A DNA stretch of 63,969 nt, counting the filler, from an uncultured bacterium (GTDB lineage: Bacteria; Hinthialibacterota; Hinthialibacteria; Hinthialibacterales; Hinthialibacteraceae): NCBI GenBank assembly GCA_964449065.1. It is 5 parts of 5 records of this genome, joined end to end, with 100 filler letters (N's around TTAATTAATTAA, not from the genome) between each part and the next. Parts side by side here need not be neighbours in the genome. Positions count along the whole stretch, not along the records: positions 1 to 14,224 come from CAYVAZ010000120.1; positions 14,325 to 28,465 come from CAYVAZ010000121.1; 3 more parts are not named here. One strand, 5' to 3'. Positions within the stretch are counted from its first letter, which is position 1. Every line of letters starts with the position of its first letter. Both the position numbers and the translations under genes were made by a program. This document shows, piece by piece, positions 9,301-20,400 of the stretch. The notes under the pieces are model-generated. The model searched no databases. It worked only from the letters and a program-made list of their open reading frames with translations, and had not been told where the DNA came from.

Positions 9301-12300
9301 CGGAATAAACTCGCTGTGAGTTCATCGACTGGGCTGAAGCTCGTCGAGGGGGCAGAGGACTACGACCTGCTCTGCAATCAAATTTTGACTGACCTGCTTC
9401 TCCGATCTGTCACGAGTGAAGCGCTGATGGGAGAAGGAAGCACCTGCATTGCAGATGATGAGAGCGGCCGGCGTGAATGTTCCTTGCCCACCGGATTCGG
9501 GGGATTGGTACAGCTCGAATTGGCCGGGAGGATGCGTCTCGTGGCGACAACAGAGTCACTTGATGACATTGGGCAACCGACAGTCCCGCCTGACATACGC
9601 GTTTCCGGCGAGTGGGATTCAAAATTGGCCGAGTATCGAAATCGGCTCGGTGAAGAGATCATTTCGACCGCCGCAGCGCAATGGATGAACGCTTTTAACG
9701 TAGTTCACGATGCGGCGGTCGCACTCGATGATGATCGCTGTTCATGTGCCGAACGCCAAACGAATAAAGTGCCATGTTGCCAGGTAGCCATTTCCTTGCG
9801 ACTACGTGCCCTCGGGCTCGCGTTAATCGATCAAGAAGCCCAAATCCCGGGGCAAGCTCAGTTCGCTGATTTTGGTTTTCACCGCCATCTTGATTTTCGC
9901 AAATATCAGTATTTGGGACTGGAGAATGTCGCGGGGCAACAATTAGACCCTGGTGACGAAGAGTTTATTGACCGGCTGTGGCAAGCCTATCAAGAGCAGT
10001 CCCTGGCTGCAGAAAATTTCCGGAAAAGACTTCGCCGGACACTTGATCGCGCAGGTCTGGCGCCACACTCAGTTAAAGTCTCTTCGGTCTCAACGTCGTT
10101 ACGACTCGCCATGGTTGAATTCGATGACCAAGGGGGTGAGTACATTGTGCGCCAAACCAATCAAGCCATCGGTTTGCAGGGTGGCGACAAAATTGTTGGT
10201 TTGGATTGCCGTCCATTTCGAGAGACCATTGAATTAGCCCTGGAAACGCGTTGCCTGGAGCCCTCTTCTGCGGTCCAGGTCAAATCTTACTTCGATGTAT
10301 CCAGAAACGATCGCATTCAGATTGAACGCAACGGCACCGCGCAGTTGATTGATCTGGGCTTGGTGCCACGGGTCAGTTTTCTTATCAGCCCTTACATGGC
10401 ATCGCCGGAAACAGCCTCCTACGCGACGGGTCCGGACTCATTTGCCCAGATTTCCGGAGGTACGTTGGTCGATCTCGCGACTGACACGACGGCGGATCTC
10501 CGGACGGCCATTGTCGAAGCTGAGGATATCGCAGCTGCGATTTCAACCTCCATAAATGCCCTCGACGAACTTGGTAACTCCAAAAGTCATGCGTCGGAAC
10601 GAGGCATGCATATTCCTCTAGTGGAGACGTTTTCCAAACTCTGCGGAGGATCTACGGTGTTGAACAGGTCCGCAAAACGGCACTGCGGATCACCGCTGGA
10701 GTTCGCAGAGTATGCGTTTGGGTATCCTCTAGATGATCTGTACCGAGACCTCATACTTGAGACGCAGAGCGTGGTTGCTGACTTCGATGCCCGGGACATC
10801 CCCGACAAGCTGGTCATTCTCGCAGATAATTTCCAACGCGATTGCCAACAGAGTTCGTCAAATATTGGACGGAAACTAAGAACAATCATTCGCGAAGTTT
10901 GTGCGCAAACCGCCGCCGAAATCCGAAGTAATGTAGAGCGGCTTCGGTCCGGACAAAGCCTGGATGATGTGAAGCCGGCACTCAGGCAAGTGTTTCCGGG
11001 TATGCTGCGCAGTCTAGGTCATCAATTGTACGTTGAGGACCTTAACGCTCGTCGTCTGAAGGATGCTGCTCACACTTGGATTGGCGCGATGGACCTAGCT
11101 GCAAGGCAGCCGGTTGAAGTGCTGTTGCGAACAAGAACAACCATAACTCAGGCCGTGTTGGGTGAATCTGTGGGACTGTGTTTGATTGCGGCTCCGCCTT
11201 CCGGCATCGCCCCAGAAGAATCAAATCTCTATGTTGATGAATTGTCTGAGAGTGCCTGTGAAAATCTGTCTGGTGACCTCGATGAAGAGGGGCGTGCGAG
11301 AAGGACCAAATTCTTCGAAGACGCACGCGCTATAGAGCAGTATCTCATTTCGAATGCCTCTGCTCCGGAAGATCTGCAGCTGCAATTTCAGGATGCGGGC
11401 GCCTATGTTCACCAACGCATACTCAATGCGGCCGATGAGGTTTCGGCTCAGTGGGAAGAGATCTGCCTGTCGGTCGGCAGTGAGCTGACGGGGCTCACCG
11501 ATTCAAGCCCGCAGCAAAATTGTGCCTCGCTCGAGGCTGTCGTCAATGATCCATCCCGCGCGTTCGATGAGCTGAAGGAAGAAGCTTCTCGACGTGCTCA
11601 GAGGCAGGCCGAGGATATGGCACTCGCTTTGCTGCAGCCGCTCGGTGTTGAAAGATACCACGAGGCGACGCCGCATGAGAGGTGGTGCATCAATTTTGAA
11701 GAGGGCCCTGCGGCAAAACTTACAAGCGTTCTGCCCGATGACCTTTTGGGTATTCGCTCGATCTGTGCCCGCAGTGTAACAGCGCTTCACGACGAGCTGA
11801 AAGGCGTCGCAGAAGATCTTCCTGATCGACTTCTGAACGCCGTAGCAGACGGCCTTGGCGATGCAGCGGCACAAGCATTTGCCCCGGAACTCGATGAACT
11901 TCACGCACGCCTCGCGGCCCTGTCCGAATGGTGTCGCCAGTTTGACGGTCAAGGTCTCAAAACCAAGCTCTTTGGATCGGATATATTCATTCGTCTCGGG
12001 CAATCAGGGCAATGTCCAGAAGGCGATTTCAATCTGATTGGTGAAATCGAGGAATCACCGCTCCAGCATGCCAACAACGAGACCCTGCTTGTCCAGGGTG
12101 GATTGAGCCTGAACGTCGACAACTTGAAGATCGAAGATTTCGTCGGTGGTGGTCCAGATCTAGGAAAGCTCATCGAAGTGAACTGGCAGAAGCTTACTTT
12201 TAAAAGAAAGTTGCAAAATGGAGAATTCGTTATCACTGATTTGGACGATATTATTAACGACGAGCTGAGTGCTTTGGACTATGGGGCCGATTTTCTGGAA

Positions 12301-14224
12301 ATCCGGTACGCGGCTGATGGGCTGAACATCATGGCCAACTATCAGCCATCTGACGAATTTGCGTTCGTCATGCCGATTTCTCTGCGGATCGACCGCTCTG
12401 GTTTCCAGCTTGATCTGATTAATCTTGAAAAGGCGGTTATCGATGAATTCTGTCGGCAGATCGACGAAACCGTTCAAGCGGAACGTTACGAACTGTTCGA
12501 CGGAGGAACAGTGATTTCCGCTCCCATGCAGTACTGCCAGGAAAACGATGCGCGGGGTTTGCATTTCGAGGTGGCCGTTGAACTCGATGGTGTCAGCAAG
12601 ATCATTGTCGACGTTTACATCCACATTGACAAAGGCGTGAATATTGAGATGCCGGATGTTGAGCGGTTGTTAGCAACTGCCGTGTTGGACGGCTTGGGAC
12701 TTGAGACGATCCAGCCCGCGGCGCCGATCTACTCGACTGACAATGGGCTTACCCTCTATTTTAGAGCCAATATCGATACCGGGCTGGATATTGGTGGAAT
12801 GGTTGTGGGTTTCTCCGTGAGTCCGAAGGGCGTTGAGTTCAACGGGCCCATTGGTCTTACACTCCCGGGTTGGGTCGACACCGGAACCTTCTCTTTTGGC
12901 AATCTCGGCCTGTCAGTTGATCCCAATCCGGAGGCACCGAGGGTTAGTTTTCTTGGCGCTGCCACGGTCACACCCGGAGAGGCAATGTCGCGGGTGGCCA
13001 AGGTTACCGGGCGTGGCGAGATCGGCCTTAAGCAGAGACAGCTGGAGCTTGTCGGCGCCTTGCGCGTATTCCAGTTCCTGGAGGTGGCGCGTTCGGAGAC
13101 TTTGATGGACCTCGACAATAGGCTCTTTCGCCATCGTATGAGCACTGGTGCGGCCCTGGCGGAGTTGATCGACGTCAAGAGTGAACTGGCCATTCAAGAC
13201 AAGGACCCATTTCCGTTCCTTTCTATGTATGGGAAAGGCGAGCTGTTCGGAGTCGAAATGGCAAGTACCCGAGTTGAACTTGGGCGCGACATGAGTGGTG
13301 AGTTTGACGTCAACCTTGATATCCCAATCTCACCGGGACAGTCTCTTAGTTTCGAGTTCGATGAATGGCTCAAAAACCCACGTGCCTGGGGCGAGATCCG
13401 TTATGATTACGATATCATCGACGTTGCTATTAAAGCCAGGGCCAATCCCCAATTGGTCGAGCTGGATCTGGTTGCGTCAGCACCGGTCGAAGCCAGTCTC
13501 GGCGTTCAGCTACCCCTCTTTTCGATGTTCACAGAAGAATTCCTTCTGCAGTTGCTCAGCGATTGGGAATTCCAGCCTATACCGCCGGGGGGTGATATTC
13601 TCTCATTCTCGCAGGCACCGGACGGGAAAACGGATACTGAAGGAGATGATGGCGTCGACGCCTCGGTCGGGATCAAAGTTGATGATGAAGACGAACTCCC
13701 GCCCCGGGAGCCGCCCGAAGGGGCAGATTTTGCATCATACGATCAAGCCTGGCGGATCATCAAAGTAAAGAAGAGGGATTGCTGGAGCTCGGCGTTTGGT
13801 GGACTGTTCTGTAAATTCTACACAATACCCAAGGTGGATTTTAAAACTGCGAGAACGCGTACACTTGCGTTAGAAGTCCCGATAGACGCAAGTAGGCTAA
13901 AAGACGGCGATTTCTACTATGGTGAGATAAGAACTCGAAATAACCGAACGTATGAATTTCTTGCGGAAAACAGCGAGGTAACTCGAGGGCAATCTAAAGA
14001 GCTGTATCTATTCACAAGTGAACGTCTGATTTGGAGCGGAGTGTATCAAGGAACAATTGCAGACATCGACGTCGATATTGACGGGCATTATGGATCTGGA
14101 CGTACTCAGGCAGGTGAGCCGTATCCGCGCTTTCTCCTTTTACAATCTGATCGGGGTCTGTCTGTCATCGGTGAACGCGCCAATATTGTCGAGAGTAACC
14201 GAAAAATCCTAAATGTTGGAAACT
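6301..14224 (+). CDS. Giant uncharacterised putative lipoprotein (>2640 aa, truncated at contig end)
   Basis: Uninterrupted ~7.9-kb ORF. MMGKRGSISVWMILSGIWTLLAA-C gives a signal peptide with lipobox. Acidic and Cys-rich, with a PDZ-like segment near 10110-10360 and a beta-strand-rich C-terminal third. Confidence 0.8.
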
Positions 14225-14324
14225 NNNNNNNNNNNNNNNNNNNNNNNNNNNNNNNNNNNNNNNNNNNNTTAATTAATTAANNNNNNNNNNNNNNNNNNNN
14301 NNNNNNNNNNNNNNNNNNNNNNNN
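14225..14324. other. Artificial contig linker
   Basis: N44-TTAATTAATTAA-N44, giving stops in all six frames. Confidence 0.99.
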
Positions 14325-14380
14325 AACCCCTCCCACCTTTGGGAGGGGAAATTTCTCTTCAAGCGGCTGACCTATTACCT
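14325..14380. repeat. Dispersed palindromic repeat; near-identical inverted copy at 50170-50225
   Basis: AACCCCTCCCACCTTTGGGAGGGGAAATTTCTCTTC(A/G)AGCGGCTGAC(C/T)TATTACCT. Confidence 0.85.
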
Positions 14381-14432
14381 TTTCTATTTGAAAATGGTAT
14401 AAGATATGGGATACCGAGTTGCAAGAGAAAAG

Positions 14433-14472
14433 TGAGTGATTTTTTCTTGCAATGAGTGATTTTTTCTTGCAA
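14433..14472 (+). repeat. 20-bp tandem duplication
   Basis: TGAGTGATTTTTTCTTGCAA occurs twice in tandem. Confidence 0.85.
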
Positions 14473-14640
14473 TCTGTAGGGGTATCCCCCTGTGGTTACC
14501 TCACAACGAGGCAGACACCGTGTCTGCCGCTACCGAACCCTCAGCCAGTCTAGAGGAGGGCATTCGTGCCGGCCGGAAAATAATTGAATCCGTATAACTT
14601 ATATCTATCTATGTAATGATGCAGTGTGGTTCACATAATA

Positions 14641-14829
14641 TTACCGCTTTTGAAAAATCGAGGACCGGCCCCGGCTTAATAAAAAATAACTTAACGCGCT
14701 GATTATCAAAATCCAAATGAACAACTCCACAACCGGTGCAATGCTGATGCCCGATAGTTTTGAGATAAAATCGAAGATCGTACTCATAAACGATTTACCC
14801 TCATCCATAGATTGTATTGCCTGCCGCAA
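14641..14829 (-). CDS. Possible small membrane protein
   Basis: One hydrophobic segment; lies downstream of the GerMN gene on the same strand. Confidence 0.35.
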   Translation of the reverse strand: MRQAIQSMDEGKSFMSTIFDFISKLSGISIAPVVELFIWILIISALSYFLLSRGRSSIFQKR

Positions 14830-15021
14830 ACACTTCGTACTGCGTTTTGTCCTTTAAAACAAAAAAAACCTCCCTGTATCTCTCCGGCAAAACCGCAAAC
14901 GGGTCCTGCGTCAAGAGCGTAGGAAGGAATTGTTTATGCGTTAAATACCAGCCGCGCCGGGCCGGCATTGTTCATATCTGTCCTCAAAATAATACCGGAA
15001 GTTCCGGTAATATCCGGCTTG

Positions 15022-15122
15022 TACCATTACCATTAGGATTGGTCATTAGGCGCGGCGATCAGCCTTAGCGAAAGAGTAACTTCGCGCCGTTCTTACCTGA
15101 TAATCCTAAATCACTTCGGTAT
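15022..15122. repeat. ~100-bp MITE-like or structured element, copy 1
   Basis: Terminal inverted repeats TACC..TTAGGATT / AATCCTAA..GGTA; homologous to 44188-44290. Confidence 0.65.
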
Positions 15123-15248
15123 CAAAACCTAGCAGATTTCCCGCATGTTGCAAGTCATAGTTTACTGCTCTTTTCCGGAAAGTCCAGCGAAAATTGCCGC
15201 GCTGTTCACCGGTGAATTTGACCGCCGGGCCGGAGCGGTACGACCCCT

Positions 15249-15842
15249 TCAAGGAGTTTTGACCAAAGCATCATTGGGTTCAAACGGCATAGACCAATCC
15301 CACACCGTATGTTCATCAAGCACCGGTTCTCCATTGACCAAAAGTTGCACCTCTTGAATCATGGGAGACTGCGCCGCGGCTGTATTCACCAATCCGTAAA
15401 TTGTCGCCCATTCCGCCAACACATGACCGGGGGCATTTTGGAGGAGTGTTTCCGAAAAATTTAAATACATGCGCCGGTCCGTGTCGCTCCAAAACACGCT
15501 TTTGAGTTCCGTCCCTGCCGGGGCCGGCAAGATCAATCCGGAAGACGACGGGCCTTTTAGCCATTCCCGGATGGCGGCTTCCACTTTGGTTTTGATGACG
15601 GTGGTCGCTTCAATCTCACGCTTTTCCACCGCCAATTGCTGATGGTCGGAGGATAGAAAGTACAAGCGGGTTTCGATGCGGTCATCATTAAAGCCGCCGG
15701 CGGCCGAATTGCCCTGCTTTTCCAGCGAGTCCAATACCAACGTTTTTTGTGGCTGCGGCCCAAAATACAGGGTTAAAAACACGGCGATCGCGGCCGTGGT
15801 AACGATCGAAAAGAGAAAGATCACCCAATTCATCCGGTTCAT
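15249..15842 (-). CDS. GerMN-domain membrane-anchored protein
   Basis: N-terminal TM, LYF..LAVEKREI, WLKGP, PAGTEL, YLNFS, IYGLVNT, VQLLVNGE. Confidence 0.85.
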   Translation of the reverse strand: MNRMNWVIFLFSIVTTAAIAVFLTLYFGPQPQKTLVLDSLEKQGNSAAGGFNDDRIETRLYFLSSDHQQLAVEKREIEATTVIKTKVEAAIREWLKGPSSSGLILPAPAGTELKSVFWSDTDRRMYLNFSETLLQNAPGHVLAEWATIYGLVNTAAAQSPMIQEVQLLVNGEPVLDEHTVWDWSMPFEPNDALVKTP

Positions 15843-17081
15843 TATCGCTGTCCTATTTTTTGAATCCCGCTGCGGGAATACAAGAAGTTTGAGATGGCTT
15901 GATTCAATTCCTGCACCAAATCGTTCATGGTGGTTTCTTGAAACAAAAACCGCGCGGTTTGCGGATGATTTAAATTGCCCAGTTCGATGACAATGCCGGG
16001 CATGGTTAATCCCCGCAAGACCGCCAGCCTTCCCGGTCTGGGGTTCTCATCGATTTGAACGATATTGTTGATCTCATAAAACGCTTTGAGTTCATTCACC
16101 ACCACGGAAGCCAGTTGAATACTCTCCGCTTGATGCGCGGCATACGCGGTATTCCACAACCGGATATCTTCCCGCCGCCCGCTTTTTGTTGCCGTGGGGT
16201 GATCCAGATACTGGTTCATAAAAAACACCCCCGCGCGGGAGACCGTTCGGCTATACAACCCTCCGCATTGAACGCTAATAAATACCGCGGCTTGTTGGGC
16301 GTTGGCAAAGCCCGTTCGCTGCATGTTGGTGACCGTACCCGTATCCGGTCTTGTACGGGTTAGTTCCACGGTAAAGTTTTGGGTTTCTTCCAAAGCCGTT
16401 TTCAGTTTTTCACAGATCAGCAGTGTAAAATCTTCTTCGTACAGTGTTAACGCGGCACCCGCGCCGGGATGCTTCGGATCATTTCCCGGGTCCAGCACAA
16501 TCACAGATGATGGGGCGGTGGGGGGCTGTGTTTCTTCATCCCCTAAGGGGGTCGGTGTGGGGAAATGGAGCGAAGGGGTAATCGCGTTGGAATGCACCGG
16601 GTGTGGGGGTTGCATACATAAACCGGCTTGGGGTGGGAGTGCCTCGCAGCGAACTGATACGCTCTTCATTTAAGGCCTCTTCTGAGTCATTCGTAACGGA
16701 TTGGAATTCCATTTGTGGAAACAAATAGGTATCGACCACTTCCAATGAAATGTATACACTGTTGTTTTGCCGGATGGTGCGGTTCAACACCACATGCAGC
16801 GTTTGATCGACCACGATTCGGTTATCCCCAACCATTGTCCCAATCGTTACCCCGTCGCCGCGGATAAATTGAATGATTCCTGCCAAGGCATCGTATTCAT
16901 AGGCGTTTTGAAAATAGGGAAGCAGTTCCCGCACGTTCACATATTCGCCGGCGGATAGCAGTGTGGTTTCAAAGCGGATTTCCCGTCCCCCCTGCACCCC
17001 GGCCAGCGTTCGTCCCCAACCGCTAACGGGGATGGCGAAACACCAAAGCAACAACAAAACTCGAATGAAATGACCCATCAA
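15842..17081 (-). pseudogene. N-acetylmuramoyl-L-alanine amidase (Amidase_3)-like gene split by a frameshift
   Basis: A signal peptide and N-terminal domain (16536-17081) join the amidase frame (VIVLDPG..VELTR..RTGFAN..FISV..LAVLRGLTMPGIVIELG) if one base is removed at TTTCCCC (16559-16565). Confidence 0.75.
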
Positions 17082-17153
17082 TTTTTCCTGATTTGTAGAG
17101 TAAATGCTTCGTGATTGCTAAAAAACGTACCGCATCACGCAAACGGTATTTCC

Positions 17154-17178
17154 GACTCGGCGGGAGCCTCGCCCTCCC
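17154..17178 (+). repeat. REP-like repeat GGCTCGGCGGGAGCCTCGCCCTCCC; further copies at 26070, 26997, 28184, 28443, 38889, 40659, 42551
   Basis: Eight near-identical intergenic copies containing a GGCTC-loop-GAGCC hairpin. Confidence 0.9.
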
Positions 17179-17465
17179 AACAAGAGCAGATGTTATACCG
17201 TTTCCAATTTGGATTGTTCACTAAAATCAAAATGGCTTAACAGATTGCTTCGTTTGATTGCCAAGAAAAAAACTTCTTTAAAACAGGTTGAATCTGTATG
17301 GTTGATGGTTCTCTTCGCACCCCCTCTGTCCTCCTTGCGTCGGACATCTCCCCCAAATGCTTTGGGGGAGACAAAGGTTTTCCAGGCTGGAAGCCTGCAC
17401 CACATTTTTTGACTTTTTGCCGGTTCGTCATTAATCGTTACTCCAAGAAGTATAGCATGACTTTT

Positions 17466-20400
17466 TTAGGCGCGGATGACGCATCCCAACCCGCCGGACG
17501 GCCGTCCGTCCAGGCGCACATGATAATACCAATTGCAGTATTGCGCGGTGATTTTTACCACCAGCCAATGGTGATCGGTAGGGATTTGAAATACATTCGC
17601 GTAATCCGATATGGAAAATTCCAATGCCAACTTTTTTTCCGGCGCCAAGTCAAAGGGTTGGCGGGCAAGCGAAATGTTCGACAACGCGTAATCATCCATC
17701 AAACGCTTGGACCAGGTTTCGAAGGGGGCGATTAATTGCACGATCCCTTGTACTGGGTACGGAAAATGATGGCTGAGATGAATATAAAACGCTTCGGCGG
17801 TTAATGTCATTTCCACATCAAAGGAGGGCGGCTGGCCTACGGTCATTTCATCCTGAACCACAAACCCATTGGTTTTTGTATGGGCACGGATCACCCCGTT
17901 TTGTGTGGGTTGATCCGCGATCAATAACGCGGGCACAACCATAAATCCATCCGCTTTGATTTGATACTTCTTTTGCGGGGGGACAACACGCCAATAGGGG
18001 GGGGCATCAATCTGCAACAGGCCGTCAACCGAATGAGTTGCCGGGTTGGATATCAGCACTTGAATGGGGTAAACGGTTAAGGACGACGAGCCGAAATGAG
18101 TGGGCACCTGTCCGCGCAGCATCACCCGCACACCGGTATCCCCATTCGATACCGCCCCCAAATTATAGTTCCAATACCGGGAAGGGACGGCTTTGGCTTC
18201 CGCTGGCGTGTGGGAGAAAGGACGCGAAAGTGAATCGCCCTTGAAATGCAGCAAAAACGCCGCGATTTCATGAGAGTGAATGATGGTGCGGGTACTGCCA
18301 TCTTCCCAAAACAGCTCCTTGGATTTGGGCAGCGGCCGTTCTTCCGGAGAAATACATTCCGCTTGCTTTGAGGCCAAATTGGATTCGATCCACAAATTGG
18401 ATTCTTCTCCATGCGCTTCATACACCCGCAACACCGAACCGGATTTGGATGAATTGCCGTTTGTACCTAAGCCGGGCGGCTTCCAAGCGGAAATCAGGAC
18501 ATTGGAAGGTTCCACGGTAAAGAAAGACTGCGACGCTGGATGTTTTCCTTCCTGTTTGGTTTTCCGCGCGCACAGGGGCGGGTGTTGATATTCCATGGCC
18601 CGGCGGGGGATTTCGGCATGGCGCCAATCGCCCTCATGGGGAATCAAGCGGTATTGAAAGAGGTGGGTTTTGTGTTCGGCAAATTCCAAACCCCATTCGG
18701 TTTTGGGATTCACATAGGGAGCGGTATGCATCATGGCGACCGTTAGCGTTCCGTTTTCTTCCACGCTGCACAGCGTGCTGCCGGTGTTGATCAACGCGAA
18801 ACCCGCATCTTTGACCACCGGCAAGTCCGGTATAAAACACCCTGAAGCAGGACAATCCCAGCGGTGGGCGACGGTGGAATGGATGATTTCATCCACCGCC
18901 TGTTCGGTAAAAGCTGGTGTGTTTCCGGCAAAAAGAAACACGGGATAGTGGATGCCGCCGCGCCGGTAAGGGACGATTATCACCGCATATCCGAATTCAG
19001 CCATCGATTGGTTGTAATACGATCGCGCGTCTTCGTGTTTTGATAAAATATGTTGGGTAAACGAGTTTTCGTCTGCCGAACCGATGCTGAATGTGCATGG
19101 GCGGTACAGCCTGTCATCGCCTATGTTTTGGTGATCCGCGCGCGTGGAACAGCTCACACCCTGCCGGGATAAATGCCGCACCAATTTTTCGCGGAGAGCA
19201 TGATACTTCCCGCTTGGTGTTACAACATCAGACGGACCGACCGCTATCCCCCCGACTTCTTCTTTATTTTTAATGATCCGAACCAAGAAAGACCATGAGA
19301 CATCCACCCAACGGTAAAAGGTGTTCATGCCGTGCTTGGATAGATTGGTTTCTTCCACCCCGCGGTAATCGAAATTGCCTTGGCTGCGGTGATAGGCCCT
19401 CGCGTAAAAGCGGTCTTCCATCACCGGGATGGACCCGGGGAGGTTTAAGGGGAAGCCTAACATATACAGATCGCGGTGGGGGATTTTTCGCATCGGATCA
19501 TTGGGCTTGCCATATCCCTGATAGTTTTCCAAAACGGTCGTGCAGTCGAGATAAGGCAAATCATGGTACAACTTTATTTTCTGCATACTGCGGCAAGGGC
19601 CGGGGCCGTGTCCTTTGATGATCAGCGATTGGCTGACCGGACTTTCATAATAATCCACAAACGCGGGGTGCATGCTTTTGACGCTTTGTTTGCCGATGGT
19701 GGTTAACCGCCGGGGGGATTCGGTATCGGCGGACTGGCGCAGACAGATCACTTCATTCGCGGTATATTCCTGCCCGCTTTGGATGTATTCATAGCCGGTC
19801 TCTTTTTCGAGCAAACTGATGATCCCGCCGCCCAAATCGGGGTCAATTTCCACCCGCAAAAAGTCGTTTTCCAGCCAGGGCTGGCTTTGTCCCAGCTGGA
19901 TATAAGGCGATTGGACTTCTTCTTGATTCTCTACACTCAGCGTTTGATACCCGGCGGATACGATTTCGGTTTCCACCCAGGTCAGTTTGACCTGCAAGAT
20001 TGCCCCTTGTTTATCGACGACAACATCTTCCAATTCAAAGGGAACCGGTTCCCCGGCGGCGTCTTTTACTTCATACAGTTCAATATCGCCGGAGGTCTCC
20101 AAATAGATGGAGCACACGCCATCCCGCCGCCACGGAAGCGGGTTGAAAACAAACAATGGATCGCCCTCGAACTTGCTTGTCTGAATCAAAGCGGTGAACG
20201 ATTCAACCAAGCGGTCGCGGTAATCGATCAGGTTGGTCAGAGTCTCATGACAGATCGCGAGCAGATCGATATACGCGATATCCGAACACCATCCCCCCAG
20301 GGCGTTTTGCTGCTGGCAATACAGCAACTGCTGCCAGGTGTGGTGCAGAAAGGAAGAGGAATCGTGAACCCCGTATACCCCGGCCATTACGCTGAGTGCT

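Noticed and set aside
14225..14324. TTAATTAATTAA palindrome flanked by Ns, repeated four times
   Set aside because: Artificial concatenation linker; ORFs extending into it have false ends
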